A DNA stretch of 64,000 bases from Octopus vulgaris (Eukaryota). The notes beneath the pieces were generated by a model. It saw nothing but the letters and a program-made list of their open reading frames with translations. It did not search any database and had not been told where the DNA came from. Below are positions 53,065-64,000 of this stretch, in pieces. Location: positions 61,194,001 to 61,258,000 of the forward strand of contig OX597816.1 of NCBI GenBank assembly GCA_951406725.2, given 5' to 3'. The number at the start of each line of letters is the position of its first letter. The first letter of the stretch is position 1. Both the position numbers and the translations under genes were made by a program.

Positions 53065-53237
53065 TATATATACAGACACACAACAGGCTTCTTTCGGTTT
53101 CCGTCTACCAAATCCACTCACAAGGCTTTGGTCAGCCCAAGGCTATAGTAGAAGACACTTGCCCAAGGTGCCATGCAGTGGGACTAAACCAGGAACCATG
53201 TGGTTAGGAAGCAAGCTACTTACCACACAGCCACTCT
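52820..53237 (-). mobile_element. tRNA-type SINE, family 2
   Basis: Reverse complement of the family consensus. Confidence 0.88.
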
Positions 53238-53315
53238 GTTTTTAGTTTCTCAAGTAGCTTTTCTTTTCAATTAATGTATATGTATGTATTATATATGTAT
53301 AAGACAGAGTGTGTA

Positions 53316-53370
<55 letters not shown>

Positions 53371-54567
53371 ATATTAAAAAGTCGGGATACAATATGTACC
53401 TTTTGCTTGAAAGGTGCACCTGTTTACTTGAAAGAAGAATTAAAACTCAAAACCACGTGACTCTCACTTTATGTAAACACGCACAGAGAATATAGCAAAT
53501 ACATTTAGAGATAGTCTTTCCATTTATAAAATACAAATAGGAGTGTAGACATCCTAGTATCAATTGATTTCTCTTTTTGTGTTGAACCAACATTTAAAGC
53601 TCATCAGCTAGGCTTACTATGTTAACTATTTAAAAAAATATATATTTACCTCTCTGTGCATGTTGTTCAGCTGAAGGCCCCGTGACTTCCAAACGAACAT
53701 TAGCAAGCAACTAAAATTCAAAATTCAAATAAGTTATTATCTTTTAAAAAATAATGATAAAGTGGCCAGCAAACAATCCAAATATGCAAAATATATATTA
53801 AAAAGCCAGGGTATATATATACACACACACACTAGAGAAAGAGACATGTACACATGCATTAACACACACATACTGTGTCTGGTGTGTGTGTGTATATATA
53901 TATTTGTCTATATATATAGAGATATGTGTGTGTAAATGCATATATACACAAGCAAACATACACGTTATACATACAGACATACACACACAGGCAGGGCTGT
54001 GTGGCTAAGCAGTTTGCTTTGCAAATATGTGATTCTGAATTCAGTCTACTATTTGGCACATTGGGTGTTTTCTACTACATCCCCAGATTGGCCAAATCCT
54101 TGTGAGTGGATTTGGTAGATGAAAGCTGAAAGAAGCTGTGTGTGTGTGTGTGCATGCGCCTTCGTGTTACTTTGTCTTTTCCATGCAATAATTGTGAATG
54201 AATGTCACTTATCCAAGTGGTGTGGTTCATTTGCAGTCTTTCAAGCTGTTGTGCTATCACATTCATAGGACGAGGGGAACTCCATCTACTGTTAGGATGC
54301 AACACATGTCTGTACCAGTGTAGGCTTCTTTCTTGTACACTATATATATGATTCCTTTTTAATCCTGATTTTATCTCTCACCTCGTTTCTATTCCATCAT
54401 TCATGCTCACTCACATTACACATCTCGTGAATTTTTGAAGTTGAGCCACTCATTTCAAAACCAAGTTACTTTTGATGAAATAGAAACTAAAACCATTCTT
54501 ATATTTGATGTGTGAAACTATAAAACAAGCATTGATTATTTATTTATTTTTGTTTTTAAATTTTAAG

Positions 54568-54667
54568 GACTGGACGGCAGTACTTCTGCTGCAGAACGAG
54601 AGAAATTGATCAACCAGTTTAATTCTCCTGATAATAATAGAGTTTGGCTATTTTTATTATCAACAAG
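54568..54667 (+). CDS. RAD54L2: RAD54L2 exon 13
   Basis: LDGSTSAAEREKLINQFN...LFLLST; ttttaag acceptor and AG|gtaaga donor. Confidence 0.95.
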
Positions 54668-55024
54668 GTAAGATTTTTAATTTGCCTTACTCAACATATG
54701 TCTCTTTATATTTAACAAAAATCATTTTCACAGCAAGAAGAAAAACAATTTCAAATACGTTCACAAAATGGCAAACATAAATTATTTTTAGACAAGATTG
54801 CTGGGAAATTATAATTATTTTGTGTAGCAATCATTATCATAATCTTAACATCCACTTTTCCATACCTGCATGAGTCAGATGAAATTTTTTTGAGGCAAAT
54901 TTCTACAGCCAGCTGCCCTTTTTGTTTAACTCTCACCTGCTTTCCAAGTAAGGTAATATTCTTCCATAGTTAGGCATGTGTACACAAAGGCCTGGAAATG
55001 AGTGGCTCTTCTTGTATGATGGTG

Positions 55025-55290
55025 CTTGTCTTGTCTTGAGACAGCATTCACCTGAGTTGGGTTGAGCTGGCTTCATTCATCCTCAATGCTGCATCTCTCA
55101 CAAACGCTGACCAGACCTGGCGATTTGAGGCTAACGACTGCGTGATCTCCAACCACTCTCTATTCCAGCAGCGAACGCCGTTGACACGGGGGCCTAGGTT
55201 GGGTTCCAGACCAGCCTTGACTGTCATCAGCCAGGTTTTTTGTTGTCCACCACATCGTTTTCGCCAACTTTAAAGGGAAGCTGAGGCAAC
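55025..55290 (-). mobile_element. 3-prime end of a second RTE-like LINE
   Basis: Minus-strand WRKRCGGQQKTWLMTV...LASNRQVWSAFV, followed by a (CAAGA)n tail. Confidence 0.7.
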
Positions 55291-55438
55291 TCCTTTATAA
55301 CTATTCTGTGATGTCAAAACACACACACATGCATGTGAACTTCTCAACCACCCAGCCTTGTCTGCATCAGTATATTTAAAGGAAAATTTTTACCAAATAT
55401 CTATGTATTTAATAAAAAAATTTTGATATTTCTTACAG

Positions 55439-55644
55439 AGCTGGATGTCTCGGTATCAATCTTATTGGAGCTAATCGTGTTGTTATTTTTGATGCATCCT
55501 GGAATCCATGCCATGATTGTCAAGCTGTTTGTCGTGTTTATCGATATGGACAACAGAAGCATTCCTACATATACAGGCTAATAACTGACAATACTTTGGA
55601 GAAAAAAATATATGATAGGCAAATAAACAAGCAAGGCATGTCAG
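55439..55644 (+). CDS. RAD54L2: RAD54L2 exon 14 (motifs V and VI)
   Basis: [38 protein letters not shown], an ARIP4-type motif VI; ttacag acceptor and G|gtgagt donor. Confidence 0.96.
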
Positions 55645-55763
55645 GTGAGTTCGCTTAAAAAGAAAAAGAAAGATTTTAGTGTTATTTAGAATTGCAAAAC
55701 TAACAAAATTTTATTATTATATACCTAATTGGTTCCTTTTGCAATCTGATTTTGTATTTGTAG

Positions 55764-55837
55764 ATCGAGTTGTTGATGAGCTAAATCCAGAAAATCAGTT
55801 CACAAGACAGCAAGTTGACAGTCTCTTACATTATGTT
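55764..55837 (+). CDS. RAD54L2: RAD54L2 exon 15
   Basis: RVVDELNPENQFTRQQVDSLLHYV; ttgtag acceptor and gtatgt donor. Confidence 0.92.
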
Positions 55838-56419
55838 GTATGTATTTTATTTTTCTTAAACATGTTTCTCAAGTAAGAAAATATATTCTTTTTGAAAATG
55901 CACCTTATAAAATGCTCTTTAATTGTATGTAAAAACAGATGCAATAAAGAAGAAAAACGTCTAGATGTTCCTTTATGATCTATAATTCTGTATATTTACC
56001 AACCCTAGTATTTATATAAAAATGTATGCTTGATAAATTTGTAGTAAATTCAAGTTATTTATGCTCAGTATTAAAAAAGTGTGTGGGTAACCAAATTAGT
56101 GAAATCTCAAAACGCTTGATGTGTCAGCTCTTCATAACTTGTCACCACTATTGTTATATCCATAGTTAATACATCTAACCTACATCTGTGTAAGAACTGT
56201 GCAGGGCATATTTTGTGGTCTATGATGAGAGGTACCCTAACTAATACCATAGAATCTTTTTATATGGTAGGAACTAACTTTGTCCATAACATCCTTCTAA
56301 GATGAAATTTAACCCTTTAGCATTTAATCCAGCCATACCTGGCCCAAATATTCTACCTGTTTTATGTTAAGACGATCCAACCTCCCACAACTACCTTACA
56401 AAATCTTTCTAAAAATATA

Positions 56420-57689
56420 TTGGGTTGCCAACTAAGTTCCCGCTGTTTTTTTAAATTTTGGAATTTATTGCGTTTTTAAATTTTGGAATCTATTTTTTCG
56501 AGAATTCTATTTTTGAATCATTTTGGAATCTATTTTTTTTTTTTTTTCCTAGTTAGTTTTAGTTAATTTTTGTTTATTTTCAGATCATTAAAATGGAATG
56601 TCAAGTTAAGAAAAACGAGCATTTTCGACACCTTCTTTTTGCTTTTAATCAAGGTTCTAAGGCTGCAAAAGCTGCTCGCGACATTTGTGCTATGTATGGA
56701 GAGGGTGCCATAGATGAAAGAACTGCTCGTGATTGGTATGCCATGTTCAGAAATGGAAATTTTGACCTCAAAGACGCACCTCATTCTGGCCGTCCAGTTG
56801 AGTTCAATGAAGAGCGATTAAACCAACTTTTGCATGAAAATTCTCATCAAACAACAAGGGAACTGGCAGGGAAAATGGAATGTTCCCACACTGCTATAGA
56901 GAAGCATCTTCACTCGATGAGAAAGGTTCAGAAGTATGGAGCATGGGTCCCGCATGCTTTAAGTGACAACAACAAAAATCAACAAGCCACAATCTCCACT
57001 GGTTTGCTTGCTTGTCACTGCTCAAATCATGAACACAAGCAACGATTTCTTTACCAAATCGTTACTGGCGATGAAAAATGGTGCCTGCACATCAATATGA
57101 AGCAGCATAAGGAATGGCTTAGCCCTGGATAACAAGCGACACCACACGTAAAACGATGTTGTGCGTATGATGGGACTGGGAAGGGATTATCCATTATGAA
57201 TTGCTTGAATGGAACCAAACGGTTAATGCGGAACTCTATGTTCAACAGATGGAATAACTCAACACGGCTTTTCAAGAGAAAAGACCTAATCGGCAGCATG
57301 GAGTTCTGCTGCACGACAACACTCGCCCTCATATCGCCAATATGGACCAAAGAAACCATTCAAGCACATGGCTGAGAAGTACTGCCACACCCGCCGTACT
57401 CTCCTGATTTGGCACCAACGGATTTCCACCTCTTTTGATCTCTTTCAAATGCTATGTGCGGAGTTTCGTTCAATACTGATGCAGTATTGAGAGCTTGGTT
57501 GGATCAATTTTTCGAGTCGAAATTGGGTGATTTCTACCAACAAGGTATTGAAAAATCTTGTTGAACGTTGGGAAGAAGTTGTAAACAACAAGGGTGAATA
57601 CATTATTGATTAATTAGTTGTTATTTTTTATTAAACCTTTTAAAAAATTTAAACTTAAAAAAACTGCGGGAACTTAGGTGCCAACCTAA
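56420..57689 (+). mobile_element. Full-length mariner (DD34D) with disrupted transposase, nested in MITE A
   Basis: TA|TTGGGTTGCCAACTAAGTTCCCGC...GCGGGAACTTAGGTGCCAACCTAA|TA. WVPHAL, TGDEKW, LLHDN and YSPDLAPTDF motifs; premature stop at 57130. Confidence 0.95.
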
Positions 57690-58120
57690 TACAAACACAC
57701 CATTGAAATATTGAAGATATAAGAAAATGTGATTAATTCAAAGCTATGTGAATAAATAAGCAATACATTTGACCAAGAAATGAATCTTAAAGGGTTAAAG
57801 GAGATTTTGCAGACATTTCAGGTTGAACAATCTCCTAGAGGCTTTCTAAGTTGCACAGCTGCATGGACCTTAATTCACTGCTATCTGAAATGGTAGAACT
57901 GGAATTAACAAATATTTTGTCGGATTGCAGTGATAAGAAAAGACTAGTGTTTATCAGTGAAGGATAGAAATGTGAGAAACTGTAAAATTGTCTTGTCACT
58001 GTTGCTGTCAGAAATGTAGCAGACTAGTTGAAAACATCTTGTAATACTAAATAAATAAATAACAGTTGATAATTTGAAAATTATTTCTAACCCACTTGTA
58101 TTTACAATGCTTTGAAATAG

Positions 58121-58219
58121 GACCAAGACTTACCTGAAGTTAAGTTGGATAACTTTGATAGTGAAGGCGATTCTGTTCTGCAAACTGTCCTTGAAAAAGA
58201 TGGGAAATGGCTAACAAAG
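58121..58219 (+). CDS. RAD54L2: RAD54L2 exon 16
   Basis: DQDLPEVKLDNFDSEGDSVLQTVLEKDGKWLTK; aaatag acceptor and AAG|gtaagt donor; phase 0-0. Confidence 0.85.
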
Positions 58220-59195
58220 GTAAGTTTATTATATTAACAGTTTATAATGAAGTAATGAATTTTCAATAAGCTCTCCTTAGTTATTAAAAGATTGGGTTAG
58301 ACTTGGGTGGTGATGATTGTGTTTGTGTGTGCGCAACAGCACAAGGTAAGCAAGTTTTAACAAATAGGCTATAAGCTTAATGCCGTTATGGAAAGAGAAA
58401 ATGGTTTAATATTTTGGACATTAGTAAGGCAACCAGCTGGCAGAATTGTTAGCATACTGGGCATAATGTTTAGCAGCATTTCATCCATCTTCATGTTCTG
58501 ACTTCAAATTCCACCGAGGTTGACTTTGCCTTTCATTTTCTAAGGGTCAATAAAATAAGTTCCTGTTGAACATTGAAGTCAATCTAATTTATTTGCTCCT
58601 GGCCTTGAAACTGCTGGCCTTGTAGTCAGTATTTTGGACATTAGTCCATCATTCTTATTTCTTTTCCTGAGTGTGATGAGCATGAAATATCATTATCTTA
58701 AAATGAGTGTCAGCTATTTTAGATAAAGTAAATTATATAAAAAACGACATTGTTTAATTCTTAACTCAAAATTATTGTTTACAATATCATCATCATCATC
58801 ATCATCATCATCATTTCCACCAGCAGCAGCAGCAGCAGTTGCATTCTGCCTTTTATGCTGGCATGGGTTGGATGTGACATTATGGTCTAAATTTGTTCTT
58901 ATTCAGAGTTACTGCCCACTTGATGGATCAGAGGACCACATCTCAGTTGCATAGTCCATCCAAGGGATTTTTAACCCAGTATTTTACATGCTGTTATTTA
59001 TAGCTTTATCGGCTTTGAGTTCCACGATTCAAGATAATTTATTTCATGTCTCTTGAAGGTTCACTATCATTGTCATTTTCTGAATTCTTATGGTGCAGAC
59101 ATTAAAGATGAATATTATTTTCAAGATGAAATATGTATCAATTTATACTAATACCCTCAAATATTCTTCAAAGCATTATTTTATTTTTATTATAG

Positions 59196-59386
59196 GAACC
59201 ATTTACTCATGAATCTTTGCTGTTAGACCAAAAAAGTCTACGATTAACCAAGAAAGAAAAGCAACTTGCCAAACAGGGTTATGTTATGGAGAAGAAAATG
59301 AATTTGAATTACAGTCGACAATCTTATACCATGTATTATCCTAAGCCAGGGCAGTCGACACAATATTATCAAGGTCCTGGGCCATG
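59196..59386 (+). CDS. RAD54L2: RAD54L2 exon 17
   Basis: EPFTHESLLLDQKSLRLTKKEKQLAKQGY, the conserved post-helicase HESLL segment of ARIP4/ATRX; tatag acceptor and TG|gtaagt donor. Confidence 0.92.
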
Positions 59387-59541
59387 GTAAGTACTGCTTT
59401 TTTGTGTATATATTCTTTTGTCTCACTCATTTGGCCATGCTGGAGCGCTGCCTTTAGTTAAACAAATTGACCCCAGGACTTATTCTTTGTAAGCCTAGTA
59501 CCTATTCTATCAGTCTCTTGTGCCAAAATGTTAAGGGGACA

Positions 59542-60786
59542 TAAACACCTTAAAATTTCAAACAAATATATTTTAATATTGGGTAGGACCGCCTTTGGCA
59601 GTAGTTACAGCTTCAATTCTATGAGGTATGGACTCGTACAAAGTTTGAATTGTTTCCAAATGAATTTTTGTCCATTTTTCAGCTAAAACAGCCTCTAGTT
59701 CTTGTAGTGATGGTGGAGGATATTGACTCCTTACTTGTTTTTCTAAAATGCACCATAAATGTTCAATAATATTGAGGTCAGGGGACTGTGGTGGCCAGAT
59801 AAGATGTTCAGCTTCACTAGAATGGTCCTTGTGCTGTTCAGTAACAACTTTAGCTGTGTGAATTGGTGCATTATCATTCTAAAAGATTGAGTTTCCCTCC
59901 AGAAACAGCTCCGCAAGCATAGGATGAATTTGATCAGATAAAATGCTTAAATAGTCATGACTATAAGTTCTGCCATGTAAGGAAACCATTGGGCCGGCAG
60001 ATTTCCAAGATATAGCTCCCCCCCCATCAACACAGATCCTCCTCCATATTTAACAGTTGGAAGAAAGCAGTCTGGATCAAATGCTTCTTTTGACTGTCTC
60101 CTCACGTATACTTGGCCGGTAGTCGGAAATATGGTAAAGGATGACTCGTCCAAGAAAATAACATTCTTCCGCTGCTCTAGGGAGCAATTCTGTTGGTTTT
60201 TACTCCACTCTAAACGCTTTGCAATGTTTGTTTTTGAAAGTAGTGGTTTTCTGATTGCAGCCCTTCCGTGAAATCCGACTTTGTGCAGCTCCTGGCGAAC
60301 AGTTTTTGCGGAAACTGGGTTCTCGAGGTGGTCATTAAGCTCTGTAGTAATTTTGGGAGCTGTACATTTGTGATCCTTTCTAACAATTCGCGTAAGAGTC
60401 TGACAGTCCCTACCTGAAAGTTTTGGTTTTCTTCAGGAATTTTGTTTCTACAAGGAGGTTTTTCCCTCTTTCTCAAAGGCTGTCATTACTTTCGAGACAG
60501 TAGCTCTTGAGACATCAAACAATTCAGCTGTTTTCGTTACGCTAGTGCCTGCCTTACGAGCACCAACAATTTGACCTCTTTGAAAGTCTGATAGATCTGT
60601 CATTTTAATGAATTTTAATTACCTTTTTCTGATGATATCTGGAAAGAAACAGCAATTTTAGCAAAACATATTAAGCAACGCTAACAATAAATCAAAAACC
60701 ATAAAAATAAACAAGCTTTTGAAGGTTTTATAGATATTTCAAAATTATGATGCTAGGTGCTTCCATTATTTTGTCCAACCCCTATG
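59542..60786 (-). mobile_element. Tc1 (DD34E) transposon, decayed, one TIR truncated
   Basis: ATG at 60603 (MTDLSDFQRGQIVGAR), DESSF, WPPQSPDLNIIEHL and a KGGPTQY* end at 59573; TIR ggggttggacaaaataatgg. Confidence 0.9.
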
Positions 60787-61449
60787 TATATATATACAAA
60801 ATTAATAAATAAAACATATGCATATATACATACATATATGTACGTACCTACCTATCTCTACATGTATATATCCATACATATATGGGTACAGGACACCAAA
60901 AAACGTCGAACATAATGAGAAACGAAAACATAAACACACAAAACCAAGGAACTGGACATTTTTCTTAAACAACGAAAAAATAGAGTACAGGACAAATAAC
61001 ACAAGGGAAATTCTCCTTCTTCAATCGCCATGGGTTCATCTACTCTGCGTTTCGAAGGTGAAGGCGATACGCATCTTCGATAGAAACTTTCCTTCCCACG
61101 AAAAGCAAATTAAATAAAATTTGAGATCTTTTTGCGGAGGGGTAAAAATGGTAACAAGAACAGGACAGTAACGACAGTACAAAATATAAACAGTAAAAGA
61201 CAGGACAAGGAGAAAAACAAGACAAAAAGGGCTGTTAAGCCGAGCGAGATAAAGTATATGAACGCTATTTTTAAGAATGGCGAAGGAGCAACAGAAAATG
61301 CCATTTACACTTCAAGGAAACCAGGTCAGAAAGACAGTAGTAGAGCTCTCGTCTCGGGTCAACGATGGGAGGGAGGAGGTGGAGCAAGAGAAAGAGAGAG
61401 AGAAAAAGGGAATGGTTGTGAGGAAACCAGAAAGAACACACATATAAAC

Positions 61450-61615
61450 ATGACGGACTTGTTTCAGTTTCTATCTACCAAATCCATTCACAAGGCTTTG
61501 GTTGGCCGGAGGCTATAGTAGAAGACACTTGCCCAAGGTGCCACACAGTGGGAATGAACCCGGAACCATGTGGTTGGTAAGCAAGCTACTTACCACACAG
61601 CCACTCCTGCGCCTA
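61450..61615 (-). mobile_element. tRNA-type SINE, family 2 (5-prime half)
   Basis: ccacacagccactcctgcgcc is the reverse complement of the SINE head. Confidence 0.85.
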
Positions 61616-62679
61616 CATACATATATTCATGTATTTATGGTTTGCGTATTGTGTATATTTAATTTAGATGCCTCAACTTTTTTATCCATCTAAAAATACA
61701 GATCCAATGAAATGTAATTTTTACAGTTGTCATAACTATAAAATGTTTTAATTCTGTAGCTAATATTCAACAACAGAACTCTACTTGCTTTTGTTGACTC
61801 TAAATTTAAAAGCTACAAAATAATTAAATGAAATTAAAAAATTTTAAATAGATAATTGGGGCAATGTATTTATTATACAAACAGGAAATGAAAAAAAAAA
61901 ATTGCAAGGATCAGATGGGTGTTGAACTCCTATTCCTGTGTTAATACTTTAGGACATTTACTTTATGATTCTTTTTTTTATCTGTTTCTTTGGATTTTAA
62001 GTAATTGTTACAATGTTTCCACTTTAAGAATTCAATAACTGATGTAAAAACACATGCAAACAGCCACTTGTGTTGAAACCGGAGTAAAAGATGTTATTTA
62101 TGTTGTAAACTTTGCAGTGAGACTGAATGGTGCAACATCAGTAATTTTGAGGATTGTATTATAATTTTTCAGATTATTAACCCCATCTTTAAAGAAACAT
62201 GTTTTAAATATTTACATCAACAACTTGCTTAATTAGTTTTTATCTGTGATTGTCATCATATATATCTCATTTCTGCACTACATTTGCACTAATAACCTTT
62301 ATTTCTTAAATAAGTGCATTAATGCTCTTATCCAGAAACCCTCTGACACATTCAGGAATATGACATTTGGTGATGATTGGAGATAATAATTCTAATTGAA
62401 ACATAGTGTAAAATCTTTAATGTTTCATTTGTGAAGATGAAATCAGTAGTTTATAATGTTTAACAGCAGAACATCTCAGACGTTTAAACATAAAGGTAAT
62501 GTACTAGGACTCTAACCAAGAGACTTGAGTTTGATTTCCTTTGTTATTTTGTCACCACATTGCCATGCAATAGTTTCAAAACAATAGTTAAAAATCATAA
62601 ATTAAAACTGTAAAGAAATTCTGTTAAAAATGAAAAATAATAAAAATTTAAAAAATGGTATAATTGCTGTTAATTTCAG

Positions 62680-62867
62680 GCCAAATAATATGCAAGCAGG
62701 TGAACGACCAGTTGCAAGTGTCAAACCGATTATATCAACTCCTGTACCAATGTCACTTCCTCAAGTCAATTTCCCACTCAATCAGATGTTGCGTTCTACA
62801 GTATCAGGACAACAAGTGAAAGTAGTCAGACCAGGTGTATCAGTACATCAAATTGTCACTACAACAG
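62680..62867 (+). CDS. RAD54L2: RAD54L2 exon 18
   Basis: RPVASVKPIISTPVPM...VHQIVTTT, resembling ARIP4 C-terminal motifs; tttcag acceptor and G|gtatat donor. Confidence 0.88.
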
Positions 62868-63987
62868 GTATATTTTGTGGCTGTTGATAATCTAAAACTG
62901 ATAGCAAATCATTTTCATGTGGTTTTAATCTTTATTTTTGCCAGATGAAAGAAATAATTACAGTTGATGGATCAGTGTCTTAGTTTAATTTATGGCCATT
63001 GTTTGTATATGCTATCTCTGTAGGTGGTAGTTTATGAACATAGAGAACTCTCTAACAATCTTTTTCAGTGACATTCTTGTTCATTTCAGCACATAGAATA
63101 GTATTTGGAAGTAGTTTGCTATGACATGAAATTAAATTTTAAGCTATTTATTTTAATGAAAAATATGCATGGACACAAAAATAGTATACATAAAATAGTA
63201 TAGCATAGCTATATCAGTTGGCTGTTAAAATTAAATGCTTCATATCTTACAATTTAGGCCTGATTGTGCTTCCTGTAATTGAGATAGTAAAGGAGTTGAC
63301 AAATTTAGTTGAGACATTCGATTGATTTGGTAACTATAGAGACCACAAAAGTGGGATATAGTTTTTAGAAAAATGTTTATGAAAGCTAATCAGATAATGT
63401 TTCTAGACCTTATGTCAAAATGACCTTATGCTGTTATGGATATTTTGTCAAACAAAAGCAACAGTTGTCCCCCACAAACCAATGGAGTTGCAATATGGCT
63501 GCTCAATCTACCAGAAATAGTAGCCAGCTGTCCCTCAGATAACATTCCATTGCCCTGAGAAGGGAAGGACACATTGGATAATATAGTCCTAGATATGAAA
63601 TGTCTAAGAGGACTCAATAATCATGGCTGGAATGCCTTCAATCATTCTGGATTTACATGACACAGAAGCAACACAATTTGGTCATAGGCACTTCAAGAAA
63701 TTCATATCATTTTTACTTTTGACTTATTTTCAAATATTTATTTATTATATATAAGATTTTTTTTATTTATGTAATAATTACCTTCTGTTTTTTTTTATTT
63801 CTTTTTGTGTTTTTTCTCATGCTTGAATGGCAGATATTTAAACCATTTAAGTTTTTATTATGCCTTGGTTTACATATTCAAAGTTCCTGTATAAAAGATA
63901 CAAAACTTAGTATCACTTTCATTCTTTCCCATATCAGCTTGTTCTTCATTCCTGGCATTGGTTTTTGTCCTTTTTTTTCTTTTATAG

Positions 63988-64000
63988 ATATTATGCTTCC
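63988..64000 (+). CDS. RAD54L2: RAD54L2 exon 19, truncated by the window end
   Basis: Long polypyrimidine tract plus tatag. Continues TTT-D-IML in the expected phase. Confidence 0.75.

Noticed and set aside
51743-54059. ORFs rich in VC, MY or HT dipeptides
   Set aside because: Translations of TG/TA/CA microsatellites and SINEs.
56593-57613. Active mariner transposase or SETMAR-like fusion with the host gene
   Set aside because: It has a premature stop and frameshifts, and the host exons splice cleanly across it.
16173-64000. ATRX or RAD54L as the gene identity
   Set aside because: No ADD domain is visible. [33 protein letters not shown] and the PVASV tail fit RAD54L2/ARIP4 better.

Overview
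This is AT-rich, intron- and repeat-rich animal genomic DNA. It is probably a cephalopod (Octopus-like); this is inferred only from the SINE families and is not proven. One large + strand gene dominates: a RAD54L2/ARIP4-type SNF2 helicase. I reconstructed 19 coding exons by hand (16173 to beyond the window end, about 1750 codons so far), with GT-AG junctions and consistent phases. Its most unusual part is a 1686-nt exon that places about 560 residues of Asn/Ser/Met/Cys-rich low-complexity sequence, with a hidden 12-aa period, between the two RecA lobes. The introns and upstream 16 kb contain decayed TEs: Tc1/mariner, piggyBac and their MITEs, stacked Helitrons, RTE and CR1-like LINEs, a Gypsy remnant with LTR, and tRNA-type SINEs. 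Several are nested or inverted relative to each other. There is also a near-perfect 94-bp palindrome inside a 299-bp insertion with a 13-bp target-site duplication. I found no prokaryotic systems, CRISPR arrays or rRNA/tRNA genes. TE boundaries were read by eye and some are approximate.
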